Of a stretch of DNA of 64,000 nt, positions 33,965 through 43,568 are shown piece after piece. The notes beneath the pieces are model-generated. The model was given only the letters and a program-made list of their open reading frames with translations, was not told the origin of the DNA and made no database searches. A program made the position numbers and the translations under genes. Origin of the DNA: Sphaerochaetaceae bacterium (GTDB lineage: Bacteria; Spirochaetota; Spirochaetia; Sphaerochaetales; Sphaerochaetaceae); contig CAVFYD010000001.1 in the NCBI GenBank assembly GCA_963626615.1, positions 1,012-65,011 on the forward strand. Direction: 5' to 3'. The first letter of the stretch is position 1; each line of letters starts with the position of its first letter.

Positions 33965-35044
33965 ATGCAGTACACTACGCAGGACTTACGGATTGAAAAC
34001 ATAAAGAGCATAAAGAGCCCCGAGGAGCTCGCTTCTCTCTTTCCTCTCCTTGAAGAGGACAGAAAGAGAATCTGCTCTTTCCGTGAGAACGTAATCAACA
34101 TAATCACGGGACGCGACGAGAGGATGCTTGCCATCGTCGGTCCCTGTTCCATCCACGACCCCGAGGCCGCAGTCGAATACGCAAAGAGGCTGAAGAGGCT
34201 CAGCGAAGAGGTAAGTGACGAGTTCTACGTCGTCATGCGCACCTACTTCGAGAAGCCGAGAACGGCCCTGGGCTGGAAGGGTCTCATAATTGACCCTTAT
34301 ATGGATGAGTCCTATGACATAGGAAAGGGCCTCGAAATCTGCCGTCGTCTTCTTCTTGAGATAACCCGTATCGGCCTTCCTGTCGGATGTGAGGTCCTCG
34401 ACCCGATTGTCCCCCAGTACACCGACGAGCTCATGAGCTGGTCGAGTATAGGAGCACGAACGACGGAGAGCCAGACACACAGGGCAATATCATCAGGACT
34501 GTCTGTTCCGGTAGGCTTCAAGAATTCCACTTCCGGGGACTACAGCGCTGCTGTCAATGCGGCGAAGAGCGCAATGGCGGGAGCTGCCTTCATCGGTGTC
34601 CAGCGTGACGGCATGATAGCACGCTACATGACGAAGGGTAATCCCTATACCCACATAATCCTGAGGGGTGGTGTCCACGGTCCGAACTACCACGAGAACG
34701 ATGTCGAGAGTGCCGAGAGCGACATGAGAAAGGCGGGACTGGAGCCCAGGATTGTCATTGACTGCTCCCACGCCAATTCCAACAAGGATTACACGAGGCA
34801 GAAGAGGGTTCTGAGGTCAGTCATCGACCAGAAGGCCTGGGGAAACATCTCGATAAAGGGCTTCATGCTCGAGAGCAACATTGAGGAAGGAAACCAGAAG
34901 ATTCCGTCAGACCTTTCTCTTCTTAAATACGGTGTCTCAGTAACCGATGCCTGCATAGGCTGGGAGGAGACTGAGAGAATCCTGATGCACGCCGCCGAAA
35001 TTCTCAGAGAAAGCAAGAGAAGGGGCGGGGAGGATATTCTATGA
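33965..35044 (+). CDS. 3-deoxy-7-phosphoheptulonate (DAHP) synthase, class I (AroF/G/H type)
   Basis: 359 aa. LAIVGPCSIHD, RTYFEKPRT..GWKGLI, and GARTTESQ.HR motifs. Confidence 0.92.
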   Translation: MQYTTQDLRIENIKSIKSPEELASLFPLLEEDRKRICSFRENVINIITGRDERMLAIVGPCSIHDPEAAVEYAKRLKRLSEEVSDEFYVVMRTYFEKPRTALGWKGLIIDPYMDESYDIGKGLEICRRLLLEITRIGLPVGCEVLDPIVPQYTDELMSWSSIGARTTESQTHRAISSGLSVPVGFKNSTSGDYSAAVNAAKSAMAGAAFIGVQRDGMIARYMTKGNPYTHIILRGGVHGPNYHENDVESAESDMRKAGLEPRIVIDCSHANSNKDYTRQKRVLRSVIDQKAWGNISIKGFMLESNIEEGNQKIPSDLSLLKYGVSVTDACIGWEETERILMHAAEILRESKRRGGEDIL

Positions 35045-35598
35045 AGGAAGCTGTAATTCTGCTTGCGCCCGGCTTTGAGGAGTGTGAGGCACTCTGCGTC
35101 TATGACACACTGAAGAGGGGAGGCGTGAAGACCTCATTCCTTGCTGTGGGAGAGAGGAATGTCGAGTCTTCCCACGGCGTCAGGATAACGGCTGACGAAG
35201 TCCTGACGGAGAAGACTCTTGAACGCTCCTTCGACCTCGTCTTCCTTCCCGGAGGAATGCCGGGAGCGGAGAACCTCTATAAGAGTCCGCTTGTGAGAAA
35301 ACTCGTCACGAAGACAAACGAGAACCTCTCGCTTGTCGGTGCCATATGTGCTTCCCCCTCTGTCGTCCTGGGACCGCTGGGACTTCTCGAAGGCAGAAAG
35401 GCGACAGTCTTCCCCGGATGCGAGAGCTACTGGCCGGAGTTCGATTTCTCCACAGACGGCGTCGTCGTCAGCGGCAACATCGTCACGGGAAAGTCCGCAG
35501 GCTGGGCATTCGATACGGGCCTCGTGCTTCTGTCACTCCTGTGGGACAGTGAAACAGCGGAAAAGGTAAGAAAGCAAATCTACTATAAAGAAGGATAA
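35041..35598 (+). CDS. DJ-1/PfpI family protein
   Basis: 185 aa. Nucleophile elbow GAICASPSVVL. ATGA overlap with the DAHP synthase stop. Confidence 0.85.
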   Translation: MKEAVILLAPGFEECEALCVYDTLKRGGVKTSFLAVGERNVESSHGVRITADEVLTEKTLERSFDLVFLPGGMPGAENLYKSPLVRKLVTKTNENLSLVGAICASPSVVLGPLGLLEGRKATVFPGCESYWPEFDFSTDGVVVSGNIVTGKSAGWAFDTGLVLLSLLWDSETAEKVRKQIYYKEG

Positions 35599-35603
35599 AG
35601 TTT

Positions 35604-36626
35604 ATGAGTCAGTTTCCTGAAAACTACACCCCCGTTCTGAACCTTCATGAGACGGAGCGTGCCATCAAGGCAGTGAAGGACACATTCGAGAAGGAGCTGA
35701 GTGCAGCTCTTAGACTGAGAAGAGTCACATCCCCTCTCTTCGTGGAGAGCGGAAGCGGTATAAACGACGACCTCAACGGCGTCGAGAGACCTGTCTCCTT
35801 CCCTGTGAAGAACATGGGTGAGAAGAAGATGGAAATCGTCCAGTCACTGGCAAAGTGGAAGAGAATGGCTCTTGCAGAGCTGAAGTATCCTGTAGGCCTC
35901 GGACTCTATACGGATATGAACGCCCTCAGACCCGATGATGACATTGACGCAATTCATTCCATTTATGTCGACCAGTGGGACTGGGAGAAGGTGATGGGAG
36001 AGGGGGAAAGAAACCTCGAATATCTCAAGGAGACCGTAAGGACAATCTACGGCACCATCAAGAGAACCGCATTCACAGTCGAGGAGCTCTATCCCGAACT
36101 TGATGATTATCTTCCCGAGGAGATAACCTTCGTCCACACGGAGACACTCAGGGATGAGTATCCGGATCTTACTCCCGAGGAGAGGGAGAAGGCCGCAGCA
36201 AGAAAGTACGGTGCAATCTTCCTTATCGGAATAGGCTACGGCAACCCCCCGCACTCGGGACGCGCGCCCGACTATGATGACTGGTCAACGGAGACAGAAG
36301 GCGGCAGACACGGTCTCAACGGTGATATTATCGTATGGGACAGAGTCCGTAACAGCAGCCTTGAACTCTCGAGTATGGGAATAAGAGTCGACGAAGAGGC
36401 TCTCATGCGCCAGCTCAGAATCAGAAAGACCGAGGGTCGCTCCCAGCTCTACTGGCATAAGCGTCTTCTCTCCGGTGAATTCCCGCAGACAATCGGAGGC
36501 GGTATCGGGCAGTCGAGACTCTGCATGTTCCTTCTCCAGAAGGCACACATCGGAGAAGTGCAGGCATCGGTGTGGCCGAAGGAAGTCTACGACGAGGCAA
36601 AAGCACACAGTACACCTCTATTCTGA
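35604..36626 (+). CDS. asnA: aspartate--ammonia ligase (asparagine synthetase A)
   Basis: 340 aa. The N-terminus TERAIKAVKDTFEKELSAALRLRRVTSPLFV and GGGIGQSRLCMFLL are characteristic of AsnA. Confidence 0.92.
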   Translation: MSQFPENYTPVLNLHETERAIKAVKDTFEKELSAALRLRRVTSPLFVESGSGINDDLNGVERPVSFPVKNMGEKKMEIVQSLAKWKRMALAELKYPVGLGLYTDMNALRPDDDIDAIHSIYVDQWDWEKVMGEGERNLEYLKETVRTIYGTIKRTAFTVEELYPELDDYLPEEITFVHTETLRDEYPDLTPEEREKAAARKYGAIFLIGIGYGNPPHSGRAPDYDDWSTETEGGRHGLNGDIIVWDRVRNSSLELSSMGIRVDEEALMRQLRIRKTEGRSQLYWHKRLLSGEFPQTIGGGIGQSRLCMFLLQKAHIGEVQASVWPKEVYDEAKAHSTPLF

Positions 36627-36635
36627 AAAAGAAAG

Positions 36636-36655
36636 GAGCCGGCTGCATCCGGCTC
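36636..36655. terminator. hairpin terminator between convergent asnA and the M20 operon
   Basis: GAGCCGG-ctgcat-CCGGCTC. On the minus strand it is followed by a T-rich run (ctttcttttt). Confidence 0.55.
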
Positions 36656-36690
36656 ACTTCAGAATCTTCCCCCTCTTTCAGGGGGACTTT

Positions 36691-38004
36691 TCATGCCTTT
36701 CTGATGACAGTCCTGTAGAACTCTACTCCCTTGGGAAGAGACGAGACATACATGTTCTCATCAATCGCGTGGATGGACTCAAGCTGCTGCTTATCTATGT
36801 AAATCGGGGCAAAACGAAGTGCGTTGTCCGTGATTTCAGAATAGAAGTAGGCATCAGTTCCGCCTGTCATGATGTACGGCGACGGAATGACATCGGGATA
36901 GATTTCCTTCACTGTCTCCTCTATGAGCCTGAAAGGAGATGCAGTGTAGTCCACGGCTTTCTGAGGCTCGTTGCAGTCGGAATAATCTGCCTCGAGACTG
37001 TACTTCTCGAGGTAAGGCTGAAGAATCTCCTTTGTCTTCCCGACACCCTGATGCTGGATGAAGCGAGTGTTGATGTTGACCCATGCCTTCTCCGGAATGA
37101 CGTTTTTCGCGTCGGCTCCTCCGCACATCGTGAATGCCATCGTCGTACGGATCATGGCGGCAGCCTTGGGGCTTATTGCGGGAAGAAGCTTTCCCAGCAC
37201 CGGCTTGAGACCCTTTGCATGGCGCATCGCAAAGCCCAGTACTCCCTTCGTCTTTCCTCCGAGGCGCCGGAACATCTCGAGAAGAGTGGGACTGAATTCG
37301 ATAATGTTCGGATTATTTTTCTCTATATCGCAGATGAAGGCTGCAAGGCGTGCTATCGGGGTATTCTTTCCCGGGGCCGATGCATGGCCGCCGTTTGATT
37401 TTGCACTGACCACGATGTTTCCCGTTCCCTTCTCGACGGTGCCTATCATGGCAAAGCGTCCGTTGACACCACTCATCGGCTCGTCGACTATCATGCCTCC
37501 CTCGTCCATGAGAAAGAGGAGCCTGACGCCCTGACTCTTCAGGTACGCGACGGTCTTCGGGGCACCGCTGCCACGTACTTCCTCAGTGGAAGAGGATGCA
37601 ATGTAGACATCTCCCCTAGGCGTGAAACCTTCCTCAAGAAGCTCTTCGATTGCCTCCATGAAGCAGAAGAGTGCCCCCTTGGTGTCCACCGTTCCGCGTC
37701 CCCAGACTCTGCCGTCCTTTATCTTCCCGCTGAAGGGAGGCTCTGTCCACTCTCCAGATGCCGGAACGACGTCCTGGTGACTCATGAAGAGAATGGGGTC
37801 TCTCTTTCCCTCTCCCGTCCACTTTATGAGGAGGGAGGAGTCGATGTACTTCACATCGAGGCGTGAGAAAATCAGGGGAAAGTTCTCCTTCATCACTTCA
37901 TGAAGTCTGTCGAACTTCTCCGTATTCGGAACATCTGCTTCAGAAACTGTTTCGACCTGAATCATTTTCGAGAGCTTTTCTGCATAAATCATTTCGTCTT
38001 TCAT
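36691..38004 (-). CDS. M20 family metallopeptidase
   Basis: 437 aa. FMSHQDVVP and GRGTVDTKG motifs. Confidence 0.85.
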   Translation of the reverse strand: MKDEMIYAEKLSKMIQVETVSEADVPNTEKFDRLHEVMKENFPLIFSRLDVKYIDSSLLIKWTGEGKRDPILFMSHQDVVPASGEWTEPPFSGKIKDGRVWGRGTVDTKGALFCFMEAIEELLEEGFTPRGDVYIASSSTEEVRGSGAPKTVAYLKSQGVRLLFLMDEGGMIVDEPMSGVNGRFAMIGTVEKGTGNIVVSAKSNGGHASAPGKNTPIARLAAFICDIEKNNPNIIEFSPTLLEMFRRLGGKTKGVLGFAMRHAKGLKPVLGKLLPAISPKAAAMIRTTMAFTMCGGADAKNVIPEKAWVNINTRFIQHQGVGKTKEILQPYLEKYSLEADYSDCNEPQKAVDYTASPFRLIEETVKEIYPDVIPSPYIMTGGTDAYFYSEITDNALRFAPIYIDKQQLESIHAIDENMYVSSLPKGVEFYRTVIRKA

Positions 38005-38684
38005 TTTTTCTTCTCCTCGAGCATTCCCTTCTTATACATGAAGAAGCTTATTGCAATGCTCATTGCGCCGACGACTATCATCAGCACTGTTGTCTGGCTG
38101 ATGAGGGAGGGAACGAATATGCACAGCAGAGTCATGAAGAGCACCGGAACAGCGGTGAGCTTCCAGCTCTTCGAGAAGTACTGGCAGCCCAGAGCTCCGA
38201 AGAGGGCGGGAAGCAGGTTGTCGAATGCAGGCTTCAGCGTCGGGTTCTGGAGTATCGGGGTGAGTGGAATGAGAAGCAGGACGCCGATGAAGATGACAAG
38301 CATCGTCACAAGCGACGATGTTGCGACCGAGAGCGTCGTTATCACGCTGTCTTCCTTTGTCCCTGCACTTGTTCCCGCAATCTCACGCGCAGAGTATGCG
38401 CAGGGGAGCTTCATGTTGATGATGTTGCCGGTGATGAACGAGAGGTATGATGCTCCCGCTCCGAGAATCGGAACGTAGATCAGGAACTCCACGATACATA
38501 TCGGAAGATACGTAACGCCGACACGCAACAGTCCCTTTGCCCATCCCGACCAGTTGATGCTTGTTCTGAGGATAGCCGAGAAGATGAACGGAACGGCAAA
38601 GAGAAGTCCCAGGCCTATCGAATTCATTATGATACCGCATCTGTGAACAGATTTTTCGAAGTCTGAATAATCGAATTTGTCCAT
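38001..38684 (-). CDS. polytopic membrane protein of unknown function, operonic with the M20 peptidase
   Basis: 227 aa with about 6 TM helices. 4-nt overlap with the peptidase start. Confidence 0.65.
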   Translation of the reverse strand: MDKFDYSDFEKSVHRCGIIMNSIGLGLLFAVPFIFSAILRTSINWSGWAKGLLRVGVTYLPICIVEFLIYVPILGAGASYLSFITGNIINMKLPCAYSAREIAGTSAGTKEDSVITTLSVATSSLVTMLVIFIGVLLLIPLTPILQNPTLKPAFDNLLPALFGALGCQYFSKSWKLTAVPVLFMTLLCIFVPSLISQTTVLMIVVGAMSIAISFFMYKKGMLEEKKK

Positions 38685-38694
38685 TGCGTTCTCC

Positions 38695-39456
38695 TTATGC
38701 CACGATAGCGGCGGCTGCCATTGCGACGAGCATCGAAAGTGAAAGGGAGAAGTTCTCCATCCATTTGTATCCCCTGTCTTCGAGTACCATGCAGATCTTC
38801 ATGACGAGGGCCGCGACGAAGGCCGTAATGAGCGGTACTGCAGATGAGAGATTGTCGAGGGGATCGGAATTCGTCAGACCGTTGAAGGCCCCTGCGAGGT
38901 AGGAGCCGATGAATGTTCCGCAGAAGCCGATGAACATGCTTACCATCGCCCAGTCGGAGAAACTCTTTCCCTTCTTCTCGCCGCTCTTGTTCTTATTGAG
39001 AAGTCTGTTGCACTTCCTGCTGTACCAGGGACAGAGGAAGATTGTGCACAGAACTCCCCAGCATATGCCGCTGGTCATGACGGCAAGGATTGTGACGAGA
39101 GTCTGGGAAGTGAGGACTGACGAATTGAGTTCGGTTCCCATGGCCTGCGCTGCAGCTTCAGCGGCAATGGCCTCATAGGAAAGGTTGCCGACAACGCTGA
39201 GCCGCAGCCATGCAGTCGGGACACCGAGGGATCCCGAGAGTGCAATGACTCCGAGAAGAATCGAAACAGCAGGAAGGACGGTGAAGAGGGCCGACGATGT
39301 TATGGCCTTCTTCAGAACGGATTTCTCCATTCCAATCTTCAGTCCCGCTCTGTAGAACTTGATGATGAAGTACAGACAGCCCAGTGCGATGAAGAGCAGA
39401 ACTCCTCCCACAACCAGGTACAGTACCGGTGAATTGGCAAGACTCAAGTAATCCAT
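38695..39456 (-). CDS. polytopic membrane protein (resembles DUF5058-type proteins from memory, unverified)
   Basis: I prefer the start MDYLSLANSPVLYL at 39456, with RBS ggagg. It contains GVPTAWLRLSVVGNLSYEAIAA. The ORF-track start at 39630 has no RBS. Confidence 0.65.
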   Translation of the reverse strand: MDYLSLANSPVLYLVVGGVLLFIALGCLYFIIKFYRAGLKIGMEKSVLKKAITSSALFTVLPAVSILLGVIALSGSLGVPTAWLRLSVVGNLSYEAIAAEAAAQAMGTELNSSVLTSQTLVTILAVMTSGICWGVLCTIFLCPWYSRKCNRLLNKNKSGEKKGKSFSDWAMVSMFIGFCGTFIGSYLAGAFNGLTNSDPLDNLSSAVPLITAFVAALVMKICMVLEDRGYKWMENFSLSLSMLVAMAAAAIVA

Positions 39457-39657
39457 AAAGCCTCCGGAAAAAAATAATAAGTCCATTTTATGTATGATAA
39501 TCCTGTTATTACAAGTAGAAACATGCAGAAAGTCAGGATAATTCACATCCCTTTTCTTCATAACTCCCGGAAAAGGGATATATCCAAACTGAGAGAGGAC
39601 ACCCGGTGAACGGTCAGCTCTCCTCCACATTTTTTCAGTACCGTTTCCAGGATCTGG

Positions 39658-40968
39658 TCAGAGAAAATCGCTCAGAACGAACTTCCATGCCGGGATAACC
39701 GTTATCTCCCTGTTATCATCATGGATTGTCTCTGAAGAATATGATGTTACAATATAACCTCTGGTGAGTCCTGTTTCCTTCATTGCCGATGCAAGGCCTC
39801 TGAGTTTTCTTTCCTTTGACGCGTCGTAGTCATCAGTAACCTGCACAAGAAGAAGGGGAGTCTTGTCATCGTCGTAGAGAATGAAATCACACTCTTCATC
39901 GTTCTTTGTCCTGTAATATGCAATGTTCAGATCCGTTCTTCGCCTCAGCTCCATAAGTACAATGTGTTCGAGTATTATTCCCGTCCCCTTGTCAAACTCC
40001 CTGAACAGAACAGCCATCTGGTGGTCTATCACATACATCTTCTTGTCATTCCTCTCCATCTGCTTTTCTGTTCCGTAGATAGGAACACTGATCATGAAGG
40101 AGGATGTGACCATCATGTCAAGGTAGGAGGAAATCAGTTCGATGGAGGTGGAGTATCCTATGCTCTTCATTACGGCCATGAGCTTCCGTATCGTATAGGG
40201 AGAACCGGAATTCCTCACCATCCTCTTCAGCAGTGCTTTCATCAATGCGCCTCTCGATACGTCGTATCTTTCAATCAGGTCCCTTGAGAAAACAGTATCG
40301 AAGTACGATGAGAGGGTCAGTTTTCTTACTTCCTTATCCGTGTTGTCATGCAGTACGGGATAGGAACTTCTTTCCATATATTCTTCAAACCAGTAAATAA
40401 GCAGAGTTTGGGTCAAAGTGCTGTAAGAGCCGTCTTCAGAGTTATACGTTACTCCATTGAAGGAGAGGAATTCCCTGAAGGAGAGGGGATAGAATCTCCA
40501 GGAGAGCGCACGGCCTCTGAGTTCGGTCGGTATCTCGAGCGAAAGTTGATTTGCGCTGGAACCGGTGATGAAGATGTGACAGAGAGGATATCTCTCCATC
40601 ATGTAGCTGACGCCTCCGCCCCAGGAAGGAATTCTTTCTATCTCATCGAGAAAGAAATAGACTTCCTCTGATCTGTAGTCGGGATAAAGGGAGAAATATG
40701 CGTCGCTGACGAGAGAGAAGGGGAAGTTCGTATCGTCTGAAGTGAAGAAACTCAGATAGCATATCTTTTTCTTTTCAAGACCGTTCTCAATGAGCTTTCT
40801 GGCATAGTGCTTCAGGTAGGATGTCTTTCCCGTTCTGCGCCCGCCGACGATGCACGTTGCCATTCCCCTGACTTCTCTGATGGAGAAATCTCTCTCAAAG
40901 TAATCATGAGAAGTTACAAGTTCTCTGTCTGACAGTATCTTTTCTCTCATTTCTTCTATGTTCATCAC
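39658..40968 (-). CDS. AAA-family ATPase with a DUF4143-like C-terminal domain
   Basis: 436 aa. Walker A GGRRTGKTS, Walker B-like YFFLDEIERIP. The size and architecture are typical of the AAA_14 + DUF4143 family. Confidence 0.85.
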   Translation of the reverse strand: MMNIEEMREKILSDRELVTSHDYFERDFSIREVRGMATCIVGGRRTGKTSYLKHYARKLIENGLEKKKICYLSFFTSDDTNFPFSLVSDAYFSLYPDYRSEEVYFFLDEIERIPSWGGGVSYMMERYPLCHIFITGSSANQLSLEIPTELRGRALSWRFYPLSFREFLSFNGVTYNSEDGSYSTLTQTLLIYWFEEYMERSSYPVLHDNTDKEVRKLTLSSYFDTVFSRDLIERYDVSRGALMKALLKRMVRNSGSPYTIRKLMAVMKSIGYSTSIELISSYLDMMVTSSFMISVPIYGTEKQMERNDKKMYVIDHQMAVLFREFDKGTGIILEHIVLMELRRRTDLNIAYYRTKNDEECDFILYDDDKTPLLLVQVTDDYDASKERKLRGLASAMKETGLTRGYIVTSYSSETIHDDNREITVIPAWKFVLSDFL

Positions 40969-41622
40969 GAAACCTCAGTTATATGATAACACATTTTATG
41001 CCGAGAATCCGACATCTGATAGTCTTACACTGACAAACAGACAGCTTTTTGATAAAATAATCTTATCAAATAGCAAATGTACGACACGATATAACTGAAT
41101 ATTCCGACCAAAAGTACAATGCATTGTCGGTTTGGTCGAAGTTTTTACGAAAAACTCCGGCATGAGCGATGGCGGGGTTGCGAGAAAAAAATACTGATGA
41201 AGGAAAGGAAAAGGAGGAAGTCCGGCTGGTTGTAACTCGGTGTGGGGTCGGTTATGGCTCGATATTTTACTCTGCCAGAATCGAAAACCCGATTGCTGCA
41301 TTCAATGCAGTTTATTGACCTTTCTGAGTTATGGAAAACATCAGTTTTCCTTGCTGTACACAAATCCTTTCGATGCGAGAGAGGAAGGTAACACCTCACG
41401 ATATCTGAATTCTCAGATAACGGGGGCCGACGGGACCCCGAACACTGGGGTGCCTGTATACAGAACAGCAGGCTGCAATTGTGAAATCCGGCGGGGAATT
41501 GACACTTTTTGCCTTTGTTTTTCTTTATCTTGCAGTGTTGAGCAATTTATTTACATTAAATTTGTTTTTGATGTAGTGTTCTGTCTCCAGTTGGAGTATA
41601 CTGACTCAAACGGAGGAAAAAG

Positions 41623-42342
41623 ATGAATCTCATCACAGTTAAGGATTATCAGGAAATGAGCATCAAGGGTGCTCAGATTATTAAGGAACTCATGCTCACT
41701 AAGCCGGACGCAGTACTGGGACTTGCAACGGGAAGTACGCCGGTGGGAATGTACAGGGTTCTTGCCCAGATGTACATGAACGGTGAGATTTCATTTCGGA
41801 AAACAACAACCGTCAACCTTGACGAGTATTATCCGATAAAGAAGACGAACGAGCAGTCATACCGCTATTTCATGAACGACAACCTCTTCGATCATATCGA
41901 TATAGATATCGAGAAGACGCATGTTCTCAACGGAGAGGCACTTGACCCTGATAAGGAATGCAGGGATTACGAGAAGATGATAGAAAATCTTGGAGGAATC
42001 GACCTTCAGGTACTGGGAATCGGGCGCAACGGTCATATCGCATTCAACGAGCCGGGCTCCTTCCTCTATCCCCATACGCATAAAACAGCTCTGACGGAGA
42101 GCACAATCGAGGCCAACAGCCGCTTCTTCGCTTCTTCTGACGAGGTGCCCCGCTATTCCCTTACAATGGGTATGGGGACAATTCTCAGGGCAAGGAAGAT
42201 AATCCTTCTCGCGACGGGAAAGGACAAGAAAGAAGCAATTCAGAGGATGCTGGAGGATACTATCGACACATCGTGCCCGGCGACACTTCTTTCCATCCAC
42301 AGAGATGTGACAGTAATCGTCACAGAGGATGTCCTGGCCTGA
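41623..42342 (+). CDS. nagB: glucosamine-6-phosphate deaminase
   Basis: 239 aa. LGLATGSTP, VNLDEY, and GIGRNGHIAFNEPGS motifs. Confidence 0.92.
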   Translation: MNLITVKDYQEMSIKGAQIIKELMLTKPDAVLGLATGSTPVGMYRVLAQMYMNGEISFRKTTTVNLDEYYPIKKTNEQSYRYFMNDNLFDHIDIDIEKTHVLNGEALDPDKECRDYEKMIENLGGIDLQVLGIGRNGHIAFNEPGSFLYPHTHKTALTESTIEANSRFFASSDEVPRYSLTMGMGTILRARKIILLATGKDKKEAIQRMLEDTIDTSCPATLLSIHRDVTVIVTEDVLA

Positions 42343-42344
42343 GT

Positions 42345-43517
42345 ATGAAGATAACGAACTGCCGCATTGTCCTTGAGGACGAAGTAATCGAAAGGGGTAC
42401 CGTCGAATTCAGGGACGGCATCATAAGAGGTGTTTCAGATAAAAGTGCTCCCGATGCAGAGAGAGATGCATCGGGTCTCACTCTTGCCCCGGGATGTGTT
42501 GATCTCCATACCCACGGCTCCGGCGGCTATGACTTCATGGACGGTGACGAGGAAGCAATCCACGGCGCGGCGAGGGGACTGGCCCGTTTCGGTACGACGA
42601 CAGCTCTGGCGACGACTCTCACATCATCCGACGAGGAACTCTTCTCCTTCTTCGACAATCTCAAATCAGCTCAGGCGAGAAGGGGAAGAAACGAAGCAAG
42701 ACTTCCCGGAGCACACCTCGAAGGGCCTTACTTCAGCATGGATATGAAGGGGGCACAGGACCCCAGGTACATAAAGAATCCGACTCCCGCTCACTATAAT
42801 ATGGTGCTCGAGAAGTCTCACGGTAATATCAGACGGTGGTCAGTTGCACCCGAACTCGACGGAGCCATGGATTTCATAAGGGATATCTCCTCAAAGGGCA
42901 TAATCGTCTCCGGCGGTCACACGAAGGCCGACTTCAGGACAATCGGAAAGGCCGTAGAGAACGGAATGACGATGCTGACGCACTACTACTCGGCAATGTC
43001 GAGCATGACGAAGAGCCACTCCTGGAAGATACTCGGCACAACAGAGGCCGGCTTCTACTTTGATGCTCTTACCGTTGAACTCATATGTGACGGCTGTCAT
43101 CTTCCCGAGGACCTTCTGAAGCTCATATTCAAGCTAAAGGACCACAGCAGGATTATTGCGATATCAGACAGCATGAGAGGTGCGGGCTTCACATCCGGCC
43201 ACTCGATTCTCGGCCCGAAGAACAACGGAACGAACGTCATGATCAGGGACGGAGTTGCGTACCTCGAGGACCTCAGCTGCTTTGCCGGTTCCGTTGCAAC
43301 GGGAATAAGACTTGTAAAGACTCTCTCGACACTTGTCGGTCTGAGTCCTGTCGAAGTATTCCGCACCACGTCCCTCAATCCCTCGAAGCTGTTGAAACTC
43401 GATTCTTCAATCGGCTCCATAAAGGAAGGAAAGAATGCAGACTTCATCCTCTTCGATGATGATTTCAATCTCGATTCCGTTTATATAGCAGGTGAGAAGG
43501 TCGATAGCGGTAAATAA
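42345..43517 (+). CDS. nagA: N-acetylglucosamine-6-phosphate deacetylase
   Basis: ATG at 42345, 2 nt after the nagB stop. APGCVDLHTHGSGGYDFMDG and an amidohydrolase-fold pattern. Confidence 0.9.
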   Translation: MKITNCRIVLEDEVIERGTVEFRDGIIRGVSDKSAPDAERDASGLTLAPGCVDLHTHGSGGYDFMDGDEEAIHGAARGLARFGTTTALATTLTSSDEELFSFFDNLKSAQARRGRNEARLPGAHLEGPYFSMDMKGAQDPRYIKNPTPAHYNMVLEKSHGNIRRWSVAPELDGAMDFIRDISSKGIIVSGGHTKADFRTIGKAVENGMTMLTHYYSAMSSMTKSHSWKILGTTEAGFYFDALTVELICDGCHLPEDLLKLIFKLKDHSRIIAISDSMRGAGFTSGHSILGPKNNGTNVMIRDGVAYLEDLSCFAGSVATGIRLVKTLSTLVGLSPVEVFRTTSLNPSKLLKLDSSIGSIKEGKNADFILFDDDFNLDSVYIAGEKVDSGK

Positions 43518-43568
43518 GATAGATTTATCGTCTCAAATCGTGTAAAGTTATCTCTCGGTAGGCGGAGG

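Noticed and set aside
36475-37398. 307-aa plus-strand ORF overlapping the asnA end and the M20 peptidase gene.
   Set aside because: It is antisense to the M20 peptidase, which has clear metal-binding motifs. It is R/C/H-rich.
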